A stretch of DNA of 64,000 nt, from positions 36,219-100,218 of the forward strand of contig CAIUPH010000004.1 of the NCBI GenBank assembly GCA_903901015.1, in the 5' to 3' direction. This document shows, one piece after another, positions 48,363 to 56,652 of this stretch. Every line of letters begins with the position of its first letter. Positions within the stretch are counted from its first letter, which is position 1. This DNA comes from Candidatus Bathyarchaeota archaeon. GTDB lineage: Archaea; Thermoproteota; Bathyarchaeia; Bathyarchaeales; Bathycorpusculaceae. The translations under genes and the position numbers were made by a program. Under the pieces are notes generated by a model. It had not been told where the DNA came from. It did not search any database and saw only the letters and a program-made list of their open reading frames with translations.

Positions 48363-49271
48363 ATGAAGTTTGGTTCATTCACATTTCAACCCCAGAAACC
48401 CGAGGGATTCGACCTTCACGTTTTCCGCGTAAAAATTGAAACAGGCATAAGATTTCAGCCAGTTCACGACATGGTCAGCAACGTTGCCGTCTTCGCAGAC
48501 AACGTTGCGGTGAAGGATCACCCTGACTGGATTTCTCAGTCACCACTTGGCCCAGCAAAAATTGGAAACCCCAACTTCAACATTTACTGGAACATCGTGT
48601 GCCAAACTCAGCCTGAACACAGAGCTGAACAACTAAAGTACATAGCCGAAGTCGATAGGCAATCACCAGGGGTTTGTTTAAACAATCAATACTTTGCCGA
48701 CCACGGCCACTGCACCTGCTCGCGCTGTCAAGAACTATGGAAAAACAGCGGTCTTAGCTGGCTTGAGTGGCGCAGAAAAGAAGTAACCGATTACATTGCT
48801 CAAATCCGCGAAAACGTTAAGAAAGACCTCATTTTAAGCATCCAGCCCGATCCAGTAACCTCCCTTGAACGTTACGGCGTAGACTTCGATGACTTAGCCA
48901 AGTACGCCGATGCATTCAACGTCGTTATGTTCAGCAAAAACTATGCTACCCCTTGGTATTTTGAAATGCTCACGCGCAACTTTAAGAAACTGCTCAAAAA
49001 ACCGTTCTACATCAGCTTATACGTTTACGGTCCAGGAGACAACCCAAAAGACGTTCCGACTCCTGCGGAAATACTTACCGTTAGCGTTCGCTGTGCTCGG
49101 GCAGGCGCAGATGGATTCCTCTACTTGACTGACGGCGCATCCCAAATGCTGGATTACCAGAAAGCGGTAGTTGCAGATACTCAGCTAAGAGAGCGGCTTA
49201 GGAGTTATGGAGGAAAGCCGGTGCAGGAAGTTCTTGATCGGGTGGCGAGCTGGGAAAAAATCGTAAAATAA
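48363..49271 (+). CDS. Putative TIM-barrel glycoside-hydrolase-like protein
   Basis: DHPDW, CQTQPEHR, HCTCSRC, WLEWRRKEVT, YGVDFDDLAKYAD...M.F.KNY pattern recalls GHL10/DUF4015-like families; start ATG 48363. Confidence 0.5.
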   Translation: MKFGSFTFQPQKPEGFDLHVFRVKIETGIRFQPVHDMVSNVAVFADNVAVKDHPDWISQSPLGPAKIGNPNFNIYWNIVCQTQPEHRAEQLKYIAEVDRQSPGVCLNNQYFADHGHCTCSRCQELWKNSGLSWLEWRRKEVTDYIAQIRENVKKDLILSIQPDPVTSLERYGVDFDDLAKYADAFNVVMFSKNYATPWYFEMLTRNFKKLLKKPFYISLYVYGPGDNPKDVPTPAEILTVSVRCARAGADGFLYLTDGASQMLDYQKAVVADTQLRERLRSYGGKPVQEVLDRVASWEKIVK

Positions 49272-49370
49272 TTTCTTTTATTTTTTATTCCATCCGTCCT
49301 TTTAGGGCTGCTTAGCGTTACGTTTTTATCGAATCCCGAGTAAACCTAATGCATTAACTGGGATGCCACG

Positions 49371-49967
49371 TTGGACTTCATGCTTTTCATTTCGGAGTTA
49401 GGCAAAGCTGCCCTAGCCCTTTTTATTATCGTTGATCCATTTGGAAACATCCCAATTTTCGTTGGTTTAACCGAAAACGTGCCCAGTACCCAGAGGAAAA
49501 AAGTCTACAACACCGCAACAATCGTCGGCATGGTTCTGTTGCTTGTTTTCGCATTTGCTGGAACTGGCATTTTAACGGCTTTTGGGCTTTCAATCTGGAG
49601 TTTTGAAGTTGCAGGCGGTATCTTGCTGCTTATTATTGCCATCAGGATTTTGGTTACGGGCAGCATGCATGAAAACGTTGAATCGCCAGAGAGTTTAGGT
49701 GCTGTTCCCATAGCTATTCCGCTTCTTGTCGGTCCAGGTGCAATCACCACCACCATATTTAACATTCAACAGTACAACGTGGAAATCGCGATTGCATCGG
49801 TTTTAGTTGTGATGCTGGTAACATGGGTTATTCTCAGGTACATTGATGGAGTATACAAGGTTCTGGGAAAAACGGGTTCTCTGATTATTGCACGGGTTAT
49901 GGCGTTGCTTATCGCTGCGATTGCAATTCAGTATATCTTGACTGGAGTAATACACTTCGTAGTTTAA
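49371..49967 (+). CDS. MarC-family membrane protein
   Basis: LFIIVDPFGNIPIF, FEVAGGILL, VPIAIPLLVGPGAIT, RVMALLIAAIAIQ. Confidence 0.92.
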   Translation: MDFMLFISELGKAALALFIIVDPFGNIPIFVGLTENVPSTQRKKVYNTATIVGMVLLLVFAFAGTGILTAFGLSIWSFEVAGGILLLIIAIRILVTGSMHENVESPESLGAVPIAIPLLVGPGAITTTIFNIQQYNVEIAIASVLVVMLVTWVILRYIDGVYKVLGKTGSLIIARVMALLIAAIAIQYILTGVIHFVV

Positions 49968-50066
49968 CCCAAACTTAAGCCGGTTTAAGAGTACCCAAAC
50001 AACAAGCCATTTCCCCTAAAGCCAAATCAAACAATAAATAAAACCCCGCAAATAGTATTTTTCAAC

Positions 50067-50570
50067 GTGAACAATATGCGGTTTGAATGCAGCGGTTGCA
50101 AAAAATCCTTCTCTGGTAAAGGCTTAACTGTGAATTTGAACGGTAACGAACAGATGTATTGTGCCGAATGCTACTGGACGCTCCAGAAAGAATACGACAA
50201 GAAGAAAAATTGTGAAAACTGCGGACACTTCGATGAAGAAACCTGTGAGAAAAACGGGAAAAAGATGAAACCCGCGAAAATTGGGTTTAACGAGTATTTC
50301 ATTGAGGCAGAAAACTGCAGAAACTACTCAACCGAGGCAAAAGCTGGGGCTGACAAAAAGAAAAAAGAGTTATCTGAGGAGCAGAAAGAAGCTGTTGCCC
50401 TGGTTAAAAAACTCGCGGAGAAAAACCAAACCCTAACCTATTATTGTTGCCATTGCGGAGCACCCCTAAAAATCGGTGCAAAATCACCTGAAATCCAAAA
50501 AACCTGCCCCCGATGCAGCGGCGACTTAGAAGTCATTAATCTTGCCCGATTCGTCAAGCAACACCAATAA
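50067..50570 (+). CDS. Multi-zinc-ribbon hypothetical protein
   Basis: CSGC/CAEC, CENC..C, CCHCG/CPRC pairs. Confidence 0.7.
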   Translation: MNNMRFECSGCKKSFSGKGLTVNLNGNEQMYCAECYWTLQKEYDKKKNCENCGHFDEETCEKNGKKMKPAKIGFNEYFIEAENCRNYSTEAKAGADKKKKELSEEQKEAVALVKKLAEKNQTLTYYCCHCGAPLKIGAKSPEIQKTCPRCSGDLEVINLARFVKQHQ

Positions 50571-50678
50571 AAAATAGCTGCCTCTCAAAGCCTTTTTCTT
50601 ACAAAGCTTTGAGCTTTTGGTACAGGCAGAACTGTTTATGTGGCTATTTTGTAAACTTTATGATAATAATAAGTCTGG

Positions 50679-50795
50679 ATGGCTTTAGGTTCAGCGGGGT
50701 TTGATGGGTTGGCGTTTGTGGTTGCAGCCTTGGTTTCTGCGTTGTCGGTGCCGCTGGTTTTGATGTTTAAGAAAGCGTCTGAAGCGGCGGCGTGA
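50679..50795 (+). CDS. Possible small TM peptide or transporter C-terminal remnant (38 aa)
   Basis: MALGSAGFDGLAFVVAALVSALSVPLVLMFKKASEAAA*; ends next to repeat E. Confidence 0.3.
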   Translation: MALGSAGFDGLAFVVAALVSALSVPLVLMFKKASEAAA

Positions 50796-50808
50796 TGGTT
50801 TTGGCTTG

Positions 50809-50910
50809 GAAAAACGTCAATACGACCCTACCCCCATTAGTGGCTGCCTACCCCTCTATCGTTTCAACATAGATCCACTATTAGGCTCCTAATATGCTCC
50901 AACTATGCCG
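50809..50910 (-). repeat. Copy E (long form, minus strand) of dispersed ORB-like repeat
   Basis: Minus strand GCGGCATAGTTGGAGCATATTAGGAGCCTAATAGTGGATCTATGTTGAAACGATAGAGGGGTAGGCAGCCACTAATGGGGGTAGGGTCGTATTGACGTTTTTC. Confidence 0.85.
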
Positions 50911-51089
50911 CTGAAATTTCCTATGATTTGGGGCTCAAAAGAATAACCCTCCAATACACTAGGACTAAATCTCTCTATCACTCAAAACACCACAACCCCC
51001 GAACCTTAAGAACCCTCACGAAATTTAGCAATTGCAAAATTCACAAAGAAAACAAAAAATTTGGAACTTGCCCAAAAACAGCCAGCAAC

Positions 51090-51191
51090 TTATTTTTTGC
51101 CAGCTTTCCTAGCGCAAGCATCACTACAATACTTCGATTTAGCATCAAAAGTAGTGTACGGTTTTTTGCAGACTGGACATTTCTTTTCCAT
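51090..51191 (-). CDS. Micro zinc-finger protein (33 aa, TRASH/MYM-like)
   Basis: Not in the ORF track. MEKKCPVCKKPYTTFDAKSKYCSDACARKAGKK* with CxxC...YCSxxC. Confidence 0.75.
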   Translation of the reverse strand: MEKKCPVCKKPYTTFDAKSKYCSDACARKAGKK

Positions 51192-51233
51192 ACCAAGTCC
51201 CTGCCCAATAATGCGCGCGCTTAGAGATAAGTT

Positions 51234-51503
51234 TTAAGGACGCTTAGCAGGCGTAAACGCTAAATCCACATCCAACTTCAAATCCAATTTCCCGCCAGAT
51301 TGACCGACAGAGAAACTGAAGCCCTCAACGCTCACAGCCAGCTTCTGATCGCCCACAGACACCGTTTTTAAGTTATCTACATAACCGCGGACTTTGCCAA
51401 CTATTTCGTTAACGTCAAAGTTTCCAACTGAAACCTTCACAGAACCGCCCAAAGATCCAGACGCTTCAACATCAACCATCAAAAATCCCTGCATAAAACT
51501 CAT
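51234..51503 (-). CDS. Small beta-rich hypothetical protein
   Basis: 89-aa ORF; probable start MVDVEASG; same strand as the micro zinc finger just downstream. Confidence 0.6.
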   Translation of the reverse strand: MSFMQGFLMVDVEASGSLGGSVKVSVGNFDVNEIVGKVRGYVDNLKTVSVGDQKLAVSVEGFSFSVGQSGGKLDLKLDVDLAFTPAKRP

Positions 51504-52186
51504 GCATCAGACGCTTTAAACGTTGCGCGGCTCCGACATTTATGAAGCAGAGTTCCTGCTGCCCCAGCATCTCGTAATCCCTTGAAAAATCCAGCGTTCT
51601 CCCGATTTCCTCCGACGCATGCGCCGCCGCAGCTAATACGTCTTTGGTGTTGCCGTTTTTATGGGCTAAGTGCACGGTGGCGTTGAGGGCAAATAGCCTG
51701 TTGGATATGTCATGCCGAACTAAGCCGCCGACCGTTAGGAGTTTTTCGTTGGCGACTTCGAGTTTGCAAGTGGTTTCCCTGAGTTTCTCCTCATTCTTTA
51801 CCCGCTCGCTTATGTCGCGGACAATATCGGTAAATCCCACTGATGCTCCGCCTGCGTTTTTTATGGGTGTACACGTGATTTCGACGGGAAACGCTGCGCC
51901 TGCTTTGTTTATGATTGTGAACTTGTCTTTCCAGCCCTCGCCCGTTTTGAAGCTGTCGGTGGAGTTCTCGATTGCGCGCGCCCTCTGGGGGACGGCTATG
52001 AAGTCGAGGACATGTTTTCCCAGTAACTCGCCTTTGTCTGTGCATCCGTACATTTTCAGGATTGCAGCGTTGACGTAGGTTATGTTGCCTTCTACGGTGC
52101 CGATTATTATGCCGTCTATAGAAATTTCTACGGCGGCTGCGAAGAGTTGCTGGGTTTGGCTGGTTTCAGGCGTGCGCTTGTATCAT
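51472..52186 (-). pseudogene. PAS + HisKA sensor kinase remnant (5' lesion, ATPase domain missing)
   Basis: PAS N-terminus (FAAAVEISIDGIIIGTVEGNITYVNAAILKMYG) has no in-frame start, and the ATG at 52186 is one base out of frame. H-box VRHDISN is present; homology ends at CFINVG. Confidence 0.7.
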
Positions 52187-52453
52187 CCGACAGTTTTCGG
52201 GTAAGCGGCTTTGCAATAAAACGTTATGTACGCTAAGTTCTTGTCCACATAGACCTTTGATGTTAGCAAGCGAGCATTTTTTGATGCAGCTCCGACTGGC
52301 ATGCGTGCATACAACGAACAAAAATCTGGAAAAACTCTCAAACAAACCAAAACAAACCCCCTCCTAAACAGCCATTCTTTAGCTTCGATGCTTCGTTTTG
52401 TTTAAATATTAGTACTATGAATATGATGTTGCAAAAAGAAGGAATATCTTAGA

Positions 52454-52894
52454 ATGGGTTCCAAGTCACCAAGGGGCGAATTTGCCGCAAGGCAACTAGC
52501 AAAGAAACGGAAAAACTTCCGTTGGTCAGATCGTTACTTTAACCGACGCATGCTTAGACTCGACGAAAAAGTCGACCCCATGCAGGGTGCACCTCAAAGC
52601 CGGGGCATCGTGCTTGAGAAAGTCGGCGTCGAATCAAAACAGCCCAACAGCGCCATCAGAAAATGCGTACGCACACAACTCATCAAAAACGGCAGAACCA
52701 TCACAGCATTCCTGCCCGGAGACGGCGCCCTCAACGTAGTCGATGAACACGACGAAGTTGTCGTAGAAGGCATCGGTGGAACAAGAGGCGGCGCAATGGG
52801 AGACATTCCAGGAGTTAGATGGAAAGTCGTCATGGTAAACGGCGTATCCTTAAACGAACTCGTCTACGGACGAAAACAGAAACCGGCAAGGTAA
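52454..52894 (+). CDS. rps12: 30S ribosomal protein S12 (uS12)
   Basis: [34 protein letters not shown]. Confidence 0.97.
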   Translation: MGSKSPRGEFAARQLAKKRKNFRWSDRYFNRRMLRLDEKVDPMQGAPQSRGIVLEKVGVESKQPNSAIRKCVRTQLIKNGRTITAFLPGDGALNVVDEHDEVVVEGIGGTRGGAMGDIPGVRWKVVMVNGVSLNELVYGRKQKPAR

Positions 52895-52900
52895 TGAATT

Positions 52901-53491
52901 ATGGCAGCAGTAACTGTAGCTCAACCTCAAGAAATTAAACTCTTCCAGAAATGGAGTTTCAAAGACATCGCAGTCGTCGACATCGGCTTGCAAAGATACC
53001 TCAACTTAACCCCGATGGTTGCACCCCACAGCATGGGACGCCACGAACACCAACGCTTCCGCAAATCCAAAGTCAACATCGTCGAACGCTTAATCAACGG
53101 CTTAATGCGCAGCGGCAAAAACGCAGGTAAAAAAGCCAAAGCAACCAACATCGTTAAAGAAACCTTCGAAATCATTAACCTACGCACAAACAAAAACCCA
53201 ATCGAAGTCCTCGTGAAAGCAGTCGAAAACGCTTCTCCATGCGAAGACACTACAAGAGTTAGCTACGGAGGAGTCGTCTACCACCTATCCGTCGACGTTG
53301 CGCCGCAACGCAGAATCGACCTCGCCATACGCCACATCACCGAAGGCGCAAGAGCAAGCTCAGCCAACACCCCACGCAGCATCCAGGAAACCCTCGCCGA
53401 CGAACTCATGCTCGCAGCCAACAAAGACATAAAAAGCGTCGCCATCGCCAAACGCAACGAAATCGAACGCGTCGCGCAATCCAGCAGATAA
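52901..53491 (+). CDS. rps7: 30S ribosomal protein S7 (uS7)
   Basis: GRHEHQRFRKSKVNIVERLIN, SVDVAPQRRIDLA, RNEIERVAQSSR. Confidence 0.97.
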   Translation: MAAVTVAQPQEIKLFQKWSFKDIAVVDIGLQRYLNLTPMVAPHSMGRHEHQRFRKSKVNIVERLINGLMRSGKNAGKKAKATNIVKETFEIINLRTNKNPIEVLVKAVENASPCEDTTRVSYGGVVYHLSVDVAPQRRIDLAIRHITEGARASSANTPRSIQETLADELMLAANKDIKSVAIAKRNEIERVAQSSR

Positions 53492-53656
53492 ACCAATCTT
53501 TTTCTTTCTTATTTTTTAAACTACCCTTCTCTTTTAGCGAAGAATCCCTGTTTGCTATGCCCCGGCGCCGCACATTTGGAGGCAATGTGGAAAAAACCTT
53601 ATAACTCGTTAACGCTAAACCAGAGATTAAAGTACAAAATGTTTGAGGGGAGACAC

Positions 53657-54598
53657 TTGAAAAAAACCTTAGCCTTTGTAATTCTATGTGTTTTAGCGTT
53701 AGCATCGTTTAACGTTTTATCCATGTCGTTTGTTGGAGCGCAAACTAATAGTGCTCAGATTCTAAGTTACACCTGGTACGTTGCGCCAGCAACCACCACT
53801 TCAGCCGAATATACCTATGACTTGGTCGCGGTCGGCGAAGTGCAGAACACAGGTTCAAACACTGTAGGCTCCATATGGGTTGTCGGGCAAGTTTACGATT
53901 CCAACGGAACAGTCGTGGCTGCAACTGAAGCGCAAACAATTGCAACCAACATCGTGTCCAACCAGAAAGCGCCCTTCTATTTGGATTTCACCCCTGAAAG
54001 CAGCGCAACCCTGGATCAAAGCTGGGTTGCCAACGCCTCCACAGTTACCGTTTCAGTTGGAGCCATCACCCCTTCCAGCGCCACAAACACACAATACTCG
54101 GGTTTAACAACTTCAAACCTTAACGCTGCCAACAACGCTGGGAACTACACCGTCAGCGGCAACATCCAAGATAGCGGCAGTCAAAGCGTCAGCGACGTCG
54201 CGTTAGCCACAACATTCTACTATTCCAATAACACGGTTGCAGCGGTAAGTTTCTCAGATTTGGGGACTGCGCTTTCACCAGGGCAATCAGTGGCTTTTTC
54301 CGTGACTCCCTGGGACAACACAGCTGCCCTGTCGAGTGCAATATCAAGCTACGCGATATTGATTGGCTCCACCCCGATTGCTCCCACCCCGACCCCTGCG
54401 CCGACTGCAGCACCGACAACCCAACCCACCTCTGCCGCGACTGGCACACCAAACCCCACAGAAACCCCCGTCACCCTCTCTTCAACACTGATATACGTCC
54501 TAGTGATTGCGGTAGTAGGCGTCATAGCGATAGTCGGCATCTTTCTGGTTCTTAGAAGAAGCAACCGCAAGAGCCAAACGCCAGCACCGCCAGCCTAA
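53657..54598 (+). CDS. Surface protein with two FxLYD-like domains, Pro/Thr linker and C-terminal TM
   Basis: VGEVQNTG...GQVYDSNGTVV...APFYLD and VSGNIQDSG...LSPGQSVAF repeats; TTG start after GAGGGGAG. Confidence 0.72.
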   Translation: MKKTLAFVILCVLALASFNVLSMSFVGAQTNSAQILSYTWYVAPATTTSAEYTYDLVAVGEVQNTGSNTVGSIWVVGQVYDSNGTVVAATEAQTIATNIVSNQKAPFYLDFTPESSATLDQSWVANASTVTVSVGAITPSSATNTQYSGLTTSNLNAANNAGNYTVSGNIQDSGSQSVSDVALATTFYYSNNTVAAVSFSDLGTALSPGQSVAFSVTPWDNTAALSSAISSYAILIGSTPIAPTPTPAPTAAPTTQPTSAATGTPNPTETPVTLSSTLIYVLVIAVVGVIAIVGIFLVLRRSNRKSQTPAPPA

Positions 54599-54706
54599 AC
54601 CAACTTTTTTCTTTTTTTGTTTTCTGACTAAATTGGTTTTTGCCTAAATTTTCATGTGAATATTCTTAAATACAACCTGCATCCATACACAAAGTGGTGA
54701 TTTCTA

Positions 54707-55234
54707 TTGGGATGCTACTCTGAACTTGCAAGTGATTCATTCCTCCTCAACCAAGTCGGCGATGCCAAATCCGTAACCATCTACGGCTGCGCGTTTTGCG
54801 CCAACCAAAGCATAGCCTACGTCAAAGAAATGCCCATCATCGGAGAATCCTCACTCTTCGGTTTGAGGTTTCGCAGTTACGGCACCGCAAAAGAAGCAAA
54901 ACGCCTAAAAGAACTGCTGGAGCAAAACGGCAAAACCGCAACGATAAAATTCTTCAACCTGCCCACCTCGCCTTACTGCCAACTAAACCAAAGCGACCGA
55001 AAAAAAGTCGCCAAAGCATGCGGCGACTCCCAAGCCGCCATTGCACTAAGCTGCATCGCAGGCTACGGTGGAATAAGAAACGCCCTGCCCCCCTCAGTTA
55101 AGGTTATTCCGGGAATGGCGACGGTTGGCACAATCGCTTCGTACCTCACCGTCGAGGATGGAAAAGTGCTGTTGGACAGGGACAAAACCAGGGTTATCCG
55201 CTTCAAACAACCCGACCAGTCAATCAGAGAATAA
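54707..55234 (+). CDS. Cys-containing protein resembling the N-terminal domain of MetV-type MTHFR partner subunits
   Basis: IYGCAFCA...L..NGK...C...AIALSCIAG...VIPGMATVG parallels the recalled IVGCxxCA...LACGAG...PAxNT pattern; unverified. Confidence 0.45.
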   Translation: MGCYSELASDSFLLNQVGDAKSVTIYGCAFCANQSIAYVKEMPIIGESSLFGLRFRSYGTAKEAKRLKELLEQNGKTATIKFFNLPTSPYCQLNQSDRKKVAKACGDSQAAIALSCIAGYGGIRNALPPSVKVIPGMATVGTIASYLTVEDGKVLLDRDKTRVIRFKQPDQSIRE

Positions 55235-55282
55235 ACGCCGACACATCAAACGCTGCATAACCAGTTAGCTGACAGCTTAAAC

Positions 55283-56470
55283 CTACGCTATTTTCGCGTG
55301 AATCTCCACTATGTCGCCATCGTCCAAAACAAAGTTCATCCCAACCTTCTTGGGGCTAAACTGCAGCCGCTTCGCCCAAACCATGGCAAACATGAAGTTC
55401 ATCAAAAGCTCCTTATGGATGTTTTTGGCTAATTCGTTGACGGTGGCGCCTTTTTTAAGGGCGAACGGGCGGTCGGCGTGTGCCTTCATGCCTGGCTCCT
55501 TGGTGTAGATTCGTATGAGTCCCAGCGATTCAAACACTGCTTTTCCCAGTTCCTGAATGCCAACCTTGTTCTGGGCAGACATTGCAACGATGGGCAATTT
55601 TCCGTTTAAAAACGCTTTTAGGCGTCGCAGGTTGGATTGGGCACCCTTCAAATCGAGTTTGTTTGCCACGATGACTGCGGGCTTGTACATTGTGGTCTCG
55701 TAGATGGCGTTCTCGACGTCTTCCAAGGTGACTTCGCCGCTTATGTGCACGATGGCGTCGTGGACTTTGTGGTCCCGCAGCAGCTGCTCTACCTGGTTCA
55801 TGCTGCAGCCAATTAGTTTGCCCACGAGGATAACTCGCAGTGCCGTGCCTGAGTGGCGTCTGTCAATTTCGACTTTTCCACTGGGCTTGTAGACTAAGAT
55901 TCGGGTTTTTTCTAGTTCAGCTAAAAGCAGCACCAGCTGCGGAATGGGGTCGCAGCTTAAATCAACCATTAAGATTACCCCGTCAGCGTTGCGTGTTAAG
56001 CCCAATGTGACGTTGCCGCCTGCTTTTCCCTCCGCCGCCCCCGCCATCACTGCGGGTGCTTCGACAAGCTGGAACTGTACATCCATGTAACTCATGATGC
56101 CTGGCACAGGTTCATGGGTGCTAAACGGGGTAGGTGTAACGAGGACTTTTGAGTTGGTTACGGCGGACATGAGTGCGCTTTTGCCCACGTTCGTCATGCC
56201 CACCAATGCTATTTGGGCTGAGCCTTCTTTTTCGATGAAGAGTTTGGGTCCGCCGCTGCTCTTGCCCGTGCCCATGCGCTTCTTTTTGTCTAAGTCTTCT
56301 CGAATCAGCGCGATTTTGCGGTTCATTTCGCCCCGAAGTTTCATAGTGCCCTTGTGGTGCGGAACAAACTTTAAGAACTCAAGCATCGCATCCATTTTTT
56401 CTTTCGGAGTCTTGGCGGCCTCAACCAGCTCCCACTTATCCATCGCTTCAGGCGGCAAATTAGTCGGCAT
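55283..56470 (-). CDS. DRG/OBG-family GTPase with TGS domain
   Basis: MPTNLPPEA, PHHKGTMKL, GMTNVGKS, PFST, ANKLD, RIYTKEPG, LDDGDIVEIH. Confidence 0.93.
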   Translation of the reverse strand: MPTNLPPEAMDKWELVEAAKTPKEKMDAMLEFLKFVPHHKGTMKLRGEMNRKIALIREDLDKKKRMGTGKSSGGPKLFIEKEGSAQIALVGMTNVGKSALMSAVTNSKVLVTPTPFSTHEPVPGIMSYMDVQFQLVEAPAVMAGAAEGKAGGNVTLGLTRNADGVILMVDLSCDPIPQLVLLLAELEKTRILVYKPSGKVEIDRRHSGTALRVILVGKLIGCSMNQVEQLLRDHKVHDAIVHISGEVTLEDVENAIYETTMYKPAVIVANKLDLKGAQSNLRRLKAFLNGKLPIVAMSAQNKVGIQELGKAVFESLGLIRIYTKEPGMKAHADRPFALKKGATVNELAKNIHKELLMNFMFAMVWAKRLQFSPKKVGMNFVLDDGDIVEIHAKIA

Positions 56471-56652
56471 GTAAACTACGCAGATACAATCCACCAGTCA
56501 ACCATAAGACTATTTCTAAAACAAAACAGTGAAAAAACCGTGATTGCATGCTTGCAAAGCTTGCCAGCGGTTAATTGCATGAGGGTTAATCTATAGTTTA
56601 TTGATAAATGAGATATTGGAAAGTTTTTTATGCACTTACGTGTCAATAACTA

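Noticed and set aside
3138-50910. CRISPR array interpretation of the repeats
   Set aside because: Copies are kilobases apart, not regularly spaced, and there are no cas genes; no CRISPR array was seen anywhere in the window.
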